IMG/VR virus record: IMGVR_UViG_3300043411_000921
Location: 1-64,000 of that record
Direction: 5' to 3' (one strand)
DNA: 64,000 nucleotides
The first letter of the stretch is position 1. Each line of letters starts with the position of its first letter. Under the pieces are notes generated by a model that had not been told where the DNA came from, did no database searches, and saw only the letters and a program-made list of their open reading frames with translations. Both the position numbers and the translations under genes were made by a program. Shown one piece after another: positions 1-7,774 of the stretch.

Positions 1-122
1 TCAACCAAGCCACAACCAATCTTCTTGTAAAGGTTCTCCAGCGTGATCTCGTCATCAAACGCAACCATCTTCATGGTAGCAGCCTCAATCAAAATGGAAC
101 CCTTGGTGCTCTTGATCGTCAT
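1..122 (-). CDS. Partial CDS (3' end outside window), DUF3846-like phage protein
   Basis: ATG at 122 with GGGAG SD; MTIKSTKGSILIEAATMKMVAFDDEITLENLYKKIGCGLV; downstream of promoter at 163-191. Confidence 0.6.
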   Translation of the reverse strand, partial: MTIKSTKGSILIEAATMKMVAFDDEITLENLYKKIGCGLV

Positions 123-162
123 GGTGTCTTTCTCCCTGTCGTTGCCGTCTTCCGATGTTCTG

Positions 163-228
163 ACTCTATCAGGCTTCTCTGATCTGGTCAAAGGGTTTCT
201 CTTCACTCCCTCTGGCACGATCCTTGCA
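163..228 (-). promoter_or_regulatory. Composite promoter 1: sigma70 TTGACC-17-TAGAGT (minus) + inverted sigma54-like box TGGCACGATCCTTGCA (213-228, plus)
   Basis: Read directly; -10 163-168, -35 186-191, 21 nt gap to box. Confidence 0.8.
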
Positions 229-258
229 GGGACAGCCGCCCCAGTTTTCTCTTTTCCC

Positions 259-360
259 AAATCGCTCCAGGAGGCTTTTGCGGGCGCTGCAAACCTGGGA
301 AGGAACCAAGGTCGTAGAAAAGGCAGAAGGCCCCGGAAGGGGCCTTCTCGTGTCAGTAAT
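259..360. repeat. Dispersed ~110-bp bipartite element, copy A
   Basis: CGCTCCAGGAGGCTTTT ... CCTTCTCGTG, arms 74 nt apart. Confidence 0.65.
325..348 (-). terminator. GC-rich hairpin AGAAGGCCCC-GGAA-GGGGCCTTCT, possible intrinsic terminator
   Basis: 10-bp perfect stem followed by GCCTTTTCT on minus strand; near-identical copy at 6295-6316. Confidence 0.55.
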
Positions 361-458
361 GGGGTGTTGGTAGCTCAGTGCTCTCCGATGCAGTCACGCT
401 GCATTCCGCCTGCCAACCTTATCCAGCACTTAGACCCCAGAATAACATTAGAATTGAA

Positions 459-659
459 TCACACGAAAAACATTTCTCGTTGAAAGTGTCCAGTGTCATC
501 CCACGAACAAGCACAATGAAAAAGCAATGGTGTCTCTCGACCCGGAATGCGAACACCAAACTTTTGAGTTTCCTTACAAGCCGAAATCACAGTTCCGTAT
601 TTGTAAGCATAATCGGAAGGAGTTCGAGTAAAGGAAACCGTGTTTCCAATCATTGGCAT
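459..659 (-). CDS. Hypothetical protein
   Basis: Fills gap in minus-strand unit; start uncertain (MPMIGNTV). Confidence 0.4.
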   Translation of the reverse strand: MPMIGNTVSFTRTPSDYAYKYGTVISACKETQKFGVRIPGRETPLLFHCACSWDDTGHFQREMFFV

Positions 660-679
660 GGGGCTGATGTACTGGAAGG

Positions 680-883
680 TCACTTCACCTTCACAACCTT
701 CCCATCCTTCACTTCGACTTCTGCATACCACTTGTGCGGCTGGGGATAATGCGGACCCTCAAGATATGCCTTCCCATTCGTGGGAGCAGTGCCAAGGCCA
801 GGGCAATAAACCCCAACTTCCTTACCAGCAGCAACAGCTTCCTTGAGGGCCTTCTTCGTCTGAAAGTTGATCGTGGAGTACAT
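680..883 (-). CDS. Conserved-looking small phage protein (MYSTINFQTKKALKEAV...GPHYPQPHKWYA)
   Basis: ATG 883 with GGAAGG SD and upstream TGGTAGAGT extended -10 (915-923). Confidence 0.75.
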   Translation of the reverse strand: MYSTINFQTKKALKEAVAAGKEVGVYCPGLGTAPTNGKAYLEGPHYPQPHKWYAEVEVKDGKVVKVK

Positions 884-942
884 TTTTGTTACCCTTCCCT
901 TTCCTGATGGTCTGACTCTACCAGAAGGTACTGAAGGAATTT

Positions 943-1017
943 TGGAACAGAGATTGGGATTCGAACCCAAATTTTCCTGCTATACAGCACGGAGTCCTAC
1001 CATTAGACGATCTCTGT
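943..1017 (-). tRNA. Atypical tRNA with encoded CCA; nominal anticodon GTA (Tyr) in a mispaired anticodon stem
   Basis: ACAGAGA/TCTCTGT acceptor stem, D arm GTCT-AATGGTA-GGAC, T arm TTGGG-TTCGAAT-CCCAA, T73-CCA. Confidence 0.8.
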
Positions 1018-1055
1018 AAAGTTGAGCGTTTATACCATGCGCTCCCCGGTATCTG

Positions 1056-1364
1056 TCAGACCGCCGTCTTGCGAGCCTGACGAGCGCGACCCTCAGCCAG
1101 GAACTCCTCGGCGTCTGCAACCGCCATGCCAAAGTCCTTCGTCCGAGCGAAGGTGAGCATCAGGCAGGCAGCCCGGCAAACCTCCGAACCAAGCTCGCCC
1201 TCGTGCTTGAGGTACGAGTTGATCGTCTCGTAAGCGTTGGTCTTGCGCTCCAGGTGCTCGGCCCAGCCCTGAGTCGTCCACTTGGACTCCGAACCACGGA
1301 GAACGTGGCGAGCGCAGCGGGCGGTGTGAAACAGAGAAGTGCGAGTCGTATTCGTGTTCGTCAT
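1056..1364 (-). CDS. Hypothetical early protein
   Basis: ORF with AGGA SD behind composite promoter 2. Confidence 0.7.
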   Translation of the reverse strand: MTNTNTTRTSLFHTARCARHVLRGSESKWTTQGWAEHLERKTNAYETINSYLKHEGELGSEVCRAACLMLTFARTKDFGMAVADAEEFLAEGRARQARKTAV

Positions 1365-1427
1365 GATGTTTTTTCCTTTGTCTTTCTTTTGTTGCTGAGG
1401 GCTTCGTTGCCCTCTCTTGATGTTCTT

Positions 1428-1522
1428 ACTCTACCCGAATCCCTCGATCCCTTCAAGGGGTTTCTCTCACTCAACCCTGGCATGGGATTTGCAAACCCAC
1501 ACCATCCGGCACGATCCTTGCA
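1428..1522 (-). promoter_or_regulatory. Composite promoter 2: TTGAAG-17-TAGAGT + two sigma54-like boxes (1478-1493, 1507-1522)
   Basis: TGGCATGGGATTTGCA and CGGCACGATCCTTGCA; 21 nt gap. Confidence 0.8.
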
Positions 1523-1530
1523 ACGGAATG

Positions 1531-2046
1531 TCAACTTTTGGTCTTTGCAGAGAAGTTGAAAAAAACCAGTTCGAGCCCGTGTTTCGCAAACAAAACAGAA
1601 AGCTCTTCACTAAGAGTCTTGGGAACAGCCGTTCCGACTGCAACCGCTTCCTCCTGCTTGGTGGGAGAAGGTGCTTGCGGCACCTTCTCCTCAACCAACT
1701 TCATTCCACAAGAAACTGGATCAAAACCTTTGGGAAAAACGGTTTCCTTGTTGAAAGTTGCATCTCGAAGGTTTGCACCTCGAAGGTTTGCACCTCGAAG
1801 GTTTGCACCTCGAAGGTTTGCACCTCGAAGGTTTGCACCTCGAAGGTCTGCACCCTCAAGGTCTGCATTCCGAAGGTCTGCATTCCGAAGGTCTGCACCT
1901 CGAAGGTCTGCACCCTCAAGGTCTGCATTCGAAAGGTTTGCATACGAAAGGTTTGCATCTGGAAGGCTAGCACGACGACCCTTCGGGTCGTCGTTGAGCC
2001 AGAGCTTGTGAAGATTGAGGATTTTGCTGAGTTCGGTCTGGTTCAT
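1531..2046 (-). CDS. Pentapeptide repeat protein
   Basis: A(D/N)LxG repeats; N-terminal HKLWL; cap [13 protein letters not shown]...GM. Confidence 0.9.
   Translation of the reverse strand: MNQTELSKILNLHKLWLNDDPKGRRASLPDANLSYANLSNADLEGADLRGADLRNADLRNADLEGADLRGANLRGANLRGANLRGANLRGANLRDATFNKETVFPKGFDPVSCGMKLVEEKVPQAPSPTKQEEAVAVGTAVPKTLSEELSVLFAKHGLELVFFNFSAKTKS
1764..1960. repeat. 15-bp coding tandem repeat (CTCGAAGGTTTGCAC x5 perfect, then degenerate)
   Basis: Encodes (GANLR)n. Confidence 0.9.
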
Positions 2047-2084
2047 GGTTTTCTTTCTTTCTGTTCCGCCTTGGTGATAATCTG

Positions 2085-2150
2085 ACTTTATCAGGTCAGG
2101 CTGCTCAGGCCAACTGGTTTCCTTCGATCCCAGTTGGTACGAAGGTTGCA
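2085..2150 (-). promoter_or_regulatory. Composite promoter 3: TTGGCC-17-TAAAGT + box TGGTACGAAGGTTGCA (2135-2150)
   Basis: Same 21 nt gap and CAGAxx-ATC start context. Confidence 0.7.
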
Positions 2151-2159
2151 AGCTAGTCA

Positions 2160-2882
2160 TCATTCTGAAACCAAGTCGTAAAATCTCAGAAACGCATCTG
2201 CGTCTTTTGTTTCTTTGGAAAAGGGAATGTAAAGTGGATCACCTGATTCGCTCAGAAAGAAATCAACCTCCAAGTCTTCCAAAGTTGCAACAAAAAAAGT
2301 AGAAGAGGAAGCTCTCATGAGCCGATAAAAGTTTTGTAGCGAAGGGTGAAACACAACTCCTTTCGTGGCCGCAGCGAGGGTGTTTCCGTTCTGGTTTCGT
2401 TGGAAAGGTTGTCCTGGGCTGAAACCCCGCTTCTCCATTTGAGAACAAATCCCAAACAAACGAGCCCAACAACCCTTTGGGCGAACACAATCCACAAAAT
2501 CAACAGAATCCGATGCAGTGACCTCAATCATTTTCGTTCCCACAAGGGAACAAGACTGAAAACCCGTTCTATCCATGATGCAGTTTGTAAAACTCGCACA
2601 TGAAAAATCGCAGTTGAACAGCCGTGCCCCTACGAAAGAAACACGGTTGAAAGCAGCATTGGAAAAGTTGCACTCGCGGAAGGTTGCCCAATCAAGAGTG
2701 CAATCCTCAAACAAAAACCCGGAAAAATCCTGGTTGGAAAGCTGGATTGGGAATCCAAGAATGTTGCGGCTGTTGGCCGTCAAAAATCGCTTCCCGTATT
2801 CGGCAAAATACCGTTCATCACCAGCAAGCATCTTCTGCCAATCAACGTTGCGAAAAACCTTTCTTGTGTCGGTCGTCACCAT
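2160..2882 (-). CDS. Pentapeptide repeat protein with C-terminal domain paralogous to 3666..4214
   Basis: [21 protein letters not shown]; shared GFxxGQxFxRNQxG and DFxLSxSG..YIPFS. Confidence 0.85.
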   Translation of the reverse strand: MVTTDTRKVFRNVDWQKMLAGDERYFAEYGKRFLTANSRNILGFPIQLSNQDFSGFLFEDCTLDWATFRECNFSNAAFNRVSFVGARLFNCDFSCASFTNCIMDRTGFQSCSLVGTKMIEVTASDSVDFVDCVRPKGCWARLFGICSQMEKRGFSPGQPFQRNQNGNTLAAATKGVVFHPSLQNFYRLMRASSSTFFVATLEDLEVDFFLSESGDPLYIPFSKETKDADAFLRFYDLVSE

Positions 2883-2931
2883 GATTCCGGTACCTCTCTT
2901 TCTTGGAAACCACAAATCTTAGAGTTGTTGG

Positions 2932-3159
2932 TTAAAACTCCCTCAAGACCTCTCGGCTGTTGACGCACGCCCGAGTTGCATTGTATACGGTTCCGTCAAC
3001 ATGCTTGCCGCAACTCATGCTCGGCCTATCAACGGCCTCGATTCCAGTGGGAACGCCCTGCTCCCACTTGGCGAGTACCTGCACTGCCTCCTCCTCGTCG
3101 CTAAACGCGACCAGAGTCACCATACCGTCATACGCAGCGTGAAGCATCAGAAGGAACAT
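2932..3159 (-). CDS. Hypothetical protein
   Basis: ORF in operon order. Confidence 0.6.
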   Translation of the reverse strand: MFLLMLHAAYDGMVTLVAFSDEEEAVQVLAKWEQGVPTGIEAVDRPSMSCGKHVDGTVYNATRACVNSREVLREF

Positions 3160-3212
3160 TGTTTTCTCGACTTTTGTTTATAGATGAGGAAGCAAATCTG
3201 AAATTCGTTGAT

Positions 3213-3554
3213 TCAAAACTTGGGTTGAGTCGTCCACCGCTCTTCCCGATAGAGGAAAGGAAAGTCCTGCACAAATCCCTGGGACTCTCCCACTAAATGG
3301 AAACCCTGCACCTTGCCATCGGGCATACGAATGCCAACCATAACCTGCCGACCAGGGAAGTCCGCAGCCGTCACCATTCCCAGCGTCGTGGGAATGTAAC
3401 AAGTGCAATCCATGAAACGAGTCTTGGACTCAACATGAGTTGCATTCGGAGGAGGAAGCACAACCACGTTGGCACGATCCCAACGAGTCTTGATGAGATC
3501 ACCGTTGAGGGCATCAAAAAATCGAATCGTCTTGAGAAAGTTGCTCATCATCAT
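3213..3554 (-). CDS. Hypothetical protein
   Basis: GAGG SD; behind composite promoter 4. Confidence 0.7.
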   Translation of the reverse strand: MMMSNFLKTIRFFDALNGDLIKTRWDRANVVVLPPPNATHVESKTRFMDCTCYIPTTLGMVTAADFPGRQVMVGIRMPDGKVQGFHLVGESQGFVQDFPFLYREERWTTQPKF

Positions 3555-3590
3555 GGCGAACCTCGTCTTGTTTGCTGTTTGGATGTTCTG

Positions 3591-3655
3591 ACTCTACCAG
3601 ATCAGGTTGCTGGAATCAAGGAGTTGTTTGGTGGTGGGTTGGCACGGAAGTTGCA
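3591..3655 (-). promoter_or_regulatory. Composite promoter 4: TTGATT-17-TAGAGT + box TGGCACGGAAGTTGCA (3640-3655)
   Basis: 20 nt gap. Confidence 0.8.
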
Positions 3656-3665
3656 GACGGTTGGG

Positions 3666-4214
3666 TCATCCCGGTTCGGAAACTGGGCTGTAATACTCCA
3701 AAAACTCTTTCAATGCCTTGTGATCATTTGAAAAAGGAATGTAAAACTCCTTTCCAGAATCACTCAACAGGAAATCTTTTCCTTCCTGGGGGGCGATGAG
3801 TGTAAAAGTGGAACAGGTTTCTACAAATCGCATAATGCCTGGGGCTTTGTCGATAAAATCTGCCTGCAAACCTTTGCTTTGGAGAAAATGGCGGTTGCGC
3901 GGAATCGCCTGTGCGAGAGTGATACCCTTTTGATTTCGTGTGAAAGCCTGACCGTGCTGAAAGCCCCTGAGCTTCATCGAAGAAATGGCCTTGCCAAATC
4001 CTTTGCGAAGCTCACACTCGTAAAACACCTCACTGCCAGAAAACACAACACCCTTGAATCGAGCATTACGAAACTTGCACTGTTCAAATCTCACAGACGA
4101 ATCGAAAACACAGCCATCAAACGTGTAATCCCAGAAATCTTCACCCCAAATGTGAGTGTCCTGCTTGCCGGAAAGAAACTTCTGCCACGATTTACTATCG
4201 AAAAACTTCTCCAC
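3666..4214 (-). CDS. Short pentapeptide repeat protein, paralog of 2160..2882
   Basis: TFDGCVF..VRFEQCKFRNARF; shared C-terminal domain. Confidence 0.75.
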   Translation of the reverse strand: MEKFFDSKSWQKFLSGKQDTHIWGEDFWDYTFDGCVFDSSVRFEQCKFRNARFKGVVFSGSEVFYECELRKGFGKAISSMKLRGFQHGQAFTRNQKGITLAQAIPRNRHFLQSKGLQADFIDKAPGIMRFVETCSTFTLIAPQEGKDFLLSDSGKEFYIPFSNDHKALKEFLEYYSPVSEPG

Positions 4215-4234
4215 GTTGAATCTCCTTGGTTGAT

Positions 4235-4645
4235 TTATGGGTTGACGAGAATCATTCCAGCCGCAACGGGATCAAAACCAATAGGAAACACGGTCCTGGC
4301 ATCATAAAACGCAAACTTGAAGTTGAAGTTTGCTTTGCGGAGACAAGCACCAGTGAAATCGGCTCCTTGCAATAGCGCATATTGAAGGTTCGTATCCCCA
4401 AGATTGCAACCCTCAAATTCAGCATCGCGCAAATCGGCACGCTCCATGCTCACTCCAAAAAACGAAGCGCCCATGAAAAGTGCTTGCCGGAGGTCGCAAC
4501 CATTCATATACAAATCCTCCAGCCGAAGAAACTGAAAATCAGCTTGCTCTGCCTTGGGAGAATAGTTTCCGTGACAAAGCCAACAAAAATGGCTTTTGAC
4601 AATCTTCTTAAAAGTCTTCTGATCAATTGAGCTACTCATTGTCAT
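4235..4645 (-). CDS. Pentapeptide repeat protein
   Basis: ADLRDAEFEGCNL; cap YDARTVFPIGFDPVAAGM. Confidence 0.9.
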   Translation of the reverse strand: MTMSSSIDQKTFKKIVKSHFCWLCHGNYSPKAEQADFQFLRLEDLYMNGCDLRQALFMGASFFGVSMERADLRDAEFEGCNLGDTNLQYALLQGADFTGACLRKANFNFKFAFYDARTVFPIGFDPVAAGMILVNP

Positions 4646-4680
4646 TCAGTCCCTTCTGTCTGGTTGATGATCACAACCTA

Positions 4681-4965
4681 CTAGTCGTTGGTGTTGAAGA
4701 ATCGCTTGTGAAATGCAAACCCAAGAAATCCGCAAAGGAAGGCGTTTGCGACGGTTCTGTCTCCAGCGTCGAGGATGCCATACGCACACCAGTACGCAGC
4801 AACATTTCCAGCAAAAACCAGCAACGAAACAGGAAACGTGGGATAACTCGACAGCGAGCGAATGATTTCATCCCACTCATCATAAAACCACTCAGAAATC
4901 CAGAAAAAACCAAGAGCCAAAGGAACTGCAAACAACTCGTAATTGTCAATGAGAAAACTGAGCAT
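4681..4965 (-). CDS. Small membrane protein
   Basis: Three hydrophobic segments. Confidence 0.6.
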   Translation of the reverse strand: MLSFLIDNYELFAVPLALGFFWISEWFYDEWDEIIRSLSSYPTFPVSLLVFAGNVAAYWCAYGILDAGDRTVANAFLCGFLGFAFHKRFFNTND

Positions 4966-5010
4966 GGAAGTGTGAAACCTTTTTGGTGATTTGTGTTTGG
5001 ATTGCTGATT

Positions 5011-5271
5011 TCAGTGATGCTTGACGTAAGTCAGAATGAGAAGGACAACGGAGATGAGAGAGCCGAGCGAACCCGCAACTGCTACCAGCCAACCAAGAAT
5101 GAACGAGCCAACACCAAAAATTCCAACAAAATGGTTTGGATCGCCACCAAACTTGGAATCTTGCAAATAAGCCGCAGAGGCCACGCCGCCAACCAACTTG
5201 AGAATGACAGAAAGACCGATGAGAGCAAGACAAGTGACAAGACCAATGCCACTGCTGAGAAAATCCAGCAT
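5011..5271 (-). CDS. Small membrane protein
   Basis: Two long hydrophobic segments. Confidence 0.6.
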   Translation of the reverse strand: MLDFLSSGIGLVTCLALIGLSVILKLVGGVASAAYLQDSKFGGDPNHFVGIFGVGSFILGWLVAVAGSLGSLISVVLLILTYVKHH

Positions 5272-5326
5272 GATGATTTTTGTTTCTTTCTTTGGGGTCT
5301 TTGTGAGTTGGGTTGAGTTGAGGAAA

Positions 5327-5566
5327 TCAGTGATGAGAGAAGAACAAACCGATCTGGAGAATGAGAGAGATAAGACCGAGAATGCTGCCAATGCTGCTGA
5401 TCAACCAAGAAAGGAAAACAAGAACGCCGCCCGTGCTCTCCTCAACCCTGCAATCATTTACTGCCCAAACAGCGTAAAGCTGTGCGACAATGCCAACAAC
5501 GAAGAGAGCAGCACACACGAGCAGACCAAAACCAGTTGCGAGGAACTCCATCATTGTTTTATCCAC
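5327..5566 (-). CDS. Small membrane protein, similar layout to 5011..5271
   Basis: Two TM segments; WL...GS.LG/LIS.IL...HH C-terminus. Confidence 0.6.
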   Translation of the reverse strand: MDKTMMEFLATGFGLLVCAALFVVGIVAQLYAVWAVNDCRVEESTGGVLVFLSWLISSIGSILGLISLILQIGLFFSHH

Positions 5567-5756
5567 CTTTCAGAAGGAACAGAGTGATTGTGAGAATGAA
5601 ACCTGCCAGGAAGATGACTTTACCACACTTCCAGGAAAACACAAGCGGTTTGTAAAGGTTGTCTCGGAAGGTATGAGTCCCAAGGTAAACCCGAGAAACA
5701 AACGAAACAAACAACCCAAACAAACCGAGAAGAACACCAAGAAGGTAATGCTGCAT
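5559..5756 (-). CDS. Small membrane protein
   Basis: Two TM segments; overlaps next start. Confidence 0.55.
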   Translation of the reverse strand: MQHYLLGVLLGLFGLFVSFVSRVYLGTHTFRDNLYKPLVFSWKCGKVIFLAGFILTITLFLLKGG

Positions 5757-5765
5757 TTCTTTTGG

Positions 5766-6107
5766 TTATTCTACTTCACAAGAAGAAGGAACCAAAATCA
5801 TTCCCCGCCGCTTCGGATTGAACCCTTCTGGGAACTTGGTTTTGTGATTGTAGGTTGCGCCCCACAGTTTCGACCCGTACAAATACGCACCTGTGAGGTC
5901 AGCCCCCTCAAAACGAGCTTTCATCAAGTTCGTTTTGATAATGTTGGCCTGAACCAAACAAGTATTTCGGAAATCCAACCCCTCCAGGTTTTCCATGTGT
6001 GAAGAAAAAGGACGGCCAACACTATTCTGGAGTTCGTCAATAGTCCTTACTTCTCCAAGCCAGATCAAGTGCCGGGCAATCCTTACTTCCAACTCGTTTT
6101 GGTTCAT
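5766..6107 (-). CDS. Pentapeptide repeat protein
   Basis: ARFEGADLTGAYL; cap YNHKTKFPEGFNP..GM. Confidence 0.9.
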   Translation of the reverse strand: MNQNELEVRIARHLIWLGEVRTIDELQNSVGRPFSSHMENLEGLDFRNTCLVQANIIKTNLMKARFEGADLTGAYLYGSKLWGATYNHKTKFPEGFNPKRRGMILVPSSCEVE

Positions 6108-6130
6108 GTCGCCTTCTTTCTGATGCTCTT

Positions 6131-6196
6131 ACCCTACCACACATTTTCCAGCCGGTCAAAACCTTTCCTCGTGCCAGCTTCGGCATGGGGCTTGCA
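6131..6196 (-). promoter_or_regulatory. Composite promoter 5: TTGACC-17-TAGGGT + box CGGCATGGGGCTTGCA (6181-6196)
   Basis: 21 nt gap. Confidence 0.8.
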
Positions 6197-6228
6197 GGGA
6201 TAGCGGCCCTCGTTTGCTCGTGTCAAAA

Positions 6229-6330
6229 ACGGTTCGAGGATGCTTTCTAGTGCCAGGAAATAAACCTGACGACCTGGGAGACGCTGGAAATGATGAAGGC
6301 CCCGGAAGGGGCCTTCTCGTGGCAGGAATG
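6229..6330. repeat. Dispersed ~110-bp element, copy B (includes hairpin 6295-6316)
   Basis: AGGATGCTTT ... GAAGGCCCCGGAAGGGGCCTTCTCGTG. Confidence 0.65.
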
Positions 6331-6340
6331 ATATGGTGGG

Positions 6341-6712
6341 TTAGTTGGCGGCGGGGTTCATCACTTCAATGCTGACAGAGGTGGAGTAAAAACCATTGCT
6401 GGTTCCACACCAACGAATCGTCATGGTTCCACCATGAGAGCGAAGAGTATAAAACGTCCATTGCTGCTCGTCTCCATACTCAGAAGTTTCGCCGTTGGAA
6501 TCTTCCGACGCAGAAAGGATTTCGTGCCCAATCAGGTCTTGAGGCTCACAACCAATCACTTCCTCAACACTCACACTCTCGCAACACTCCTGATAGTGAA
6601 ACATCCGAATCACCTTTCCAGACTTCATGGTGAAACAGATATTATCACTCCCAGACTCACAACCCGTAATCGAAACAGGAACCTCACCAACAAACTCGTT
6701 CATGTTACTCAT
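6341..6712 (-). CDS. Conserved phage protein (HxQxCCExV ... WxGxSNGxYSxxV family)
   Basis: Motifs MFHYQECCESV, WTFYTL, WCGTSNGFYSTSV. Confidence 0.75.
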   Translation of the reverse strand: MSNMNEFVGEVPVSITGCESGSDNICFTMKSGKVIRMFHYQECCESVSVEEVIGCEPQDLIGHEILSASEDSNGETSEYGDEQQWTFYTLRSHGGTMTIRWCGTSNGFYSTSVSIEVMNPAAN

Positions 6713-6747
6713 TTTGTTTTTCTCTTCTTTCTTTTTGACTATCAGTG

Positions 6748-6954
6748 TCAAATGAGATTCAGGTTTGCAAACTCATTGCAGAGATAGAACTCAGAGCCCC
6801 TGGCGCTCTGCTTCTTGCAAAAGAGTTCACGATTTCCAACGTAACCAACCTCAAACACCTTCCCGGTGTTGAGAGCCGTGCGATGCTCCCAATGAATCTG
6901 GCCCAAACCAGCCATGTTCGCAATGTCCTGCATTTCCTGCTTGTTGTCGTTCAT
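6748..6954 (-). CDS. Hypothetical protein
   Basis: AAGGA SD. Confidence 0.6.
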   Translation of the reverse strand: MNDNKQEMQDIANMAGLGQIHWEHRTALNTGKVFEVGYVGNRELFCKKQSARGSEFYLCNEFANLNLI

Positions 6955-6975
6955 GGTTGTTTGTTCCTTTTACTC

Positions 6976-7170
6976 TCAGAGAGCCATCTCGAAATACAGA
7001 TCACAAACCGAGCAAATCCAGGTGCCAGGAACCGCAATCCTTCCACACTTGGAAGTGCCATCACGACCACGAAGGGTGAACATGGTCTGGTTGATCGGCC
7101 CAACCTTCTTCTCGTCGTTGCACCCGCAAAACTTGCAAGGCTCTTGAACCGTCTTGGTGTTGGAAGTCAT
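6976..7170 (-). CDS. Small Zn-ribbon protein
   Basis: CKFC ... CSVC; GGAG SD; behind promoter 6. Confidence 0.65.
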   Translation of the reverse strand: MTSNTKTVQEPCKFCGCNDEKKVGPINQTMFTLRGRDGTSKCGRIAVPGTWICSVCDLYFEMAL

Positions 7171-7202
7171 GATGTCTCTCCGTCTGCTCTTGGGATGGTC
7201 TG

Positions 7203-7267
7203 ACTCTATCAGACAACCCCCAGCCGTTCAAGGGATTTTTCGTGGAAGCCTTGGCACGACCCTTGCA
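7203..7267 (-). promoter_or_regulatory. Composite promoter 6: TTGAAC-17-TAGAGT + box TGGCACGACCCTTGCA (7252-7267)
   Basis: 20 nt gap. Confidence 0.8.
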
Positions 7268-7635
7268 CGCTTCTGAAGTCGAGGACAACCATTCTTCGGA
7301 ATCATCCACCTTTTCATTCTCTTATCAGGCAAACGTGTTTCCTTGTCGTAAACAGCACGAAAAAAACATGCGCATTCCCAATACCGAACATGCCCCAAAT
7401 CAGCACCTCGCAAATCCGCACGGCTGAAATCAGAGCCATCAATTTCTAAAGCTCCAAAATTCGCGTAACGCAAATCAGCGCCGCAAAACTTGTAGTTGTC
7501 CATCATCGGGAACCGAAAGGTCGCACCAACCAAGAAACATTTGCTGAAATTGAATCCAGCCCAACGATCAAAACTAAAAACTAAACCAAACCCAGAACGC
7601 ATTGATTTTCTTTCTTCTTTCACCCACAACATCAT
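7228..7635 (-). CDS. Pentapeptide repeat protein
   Basis: [22 protein letters not shown]; YDKETRLP. Confidence 0.8.
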   Translation of the reverse strand: MMLWVKEERKSMRSGFGLVFSFDRWAGFNFSKCFLVGATFRFPMMDNYKFCGADLRYANFGALEIDGSDFSRADLRGADLGHVRYWECACFFRAVYDKETRLPDKRMKRWMIPKNGCPRLQKRARVVPRLPRKIP

Positions 7636-7637
7636 CC

Positions 7638-7765
7638 TCTCTCTCCCCTTTCCTAAGCAATCCAATGAAACTTTGTGGATGATTTAGGAAAGGGGAGAGA
7701 GAAGGAGATTGGGTGGATTGAATTGACTCCCTGAAAGACTATTCCTAATCCTCCAGGGAGTCAAT
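7638..7765 (-). promoter_or_regulatory. Two inverted repeats (19-bp stem 7638-7702, 12-bp stem 7722-7765) between the radA-like gene and a pentapeptide gene
   Basis: Perfect stems; the first sequesters the SD of 7228..7635. Confidence 0.7.
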
Positions 7766-7774
7766 CAACATCTT

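Noticed and set aside
1417-2085. Several overlapping repetitive ORFs and a possible CRISPR-like array
   Set aside because: The 15-bp coding repeat keeps several frames open; there are no spacers and no cas genes
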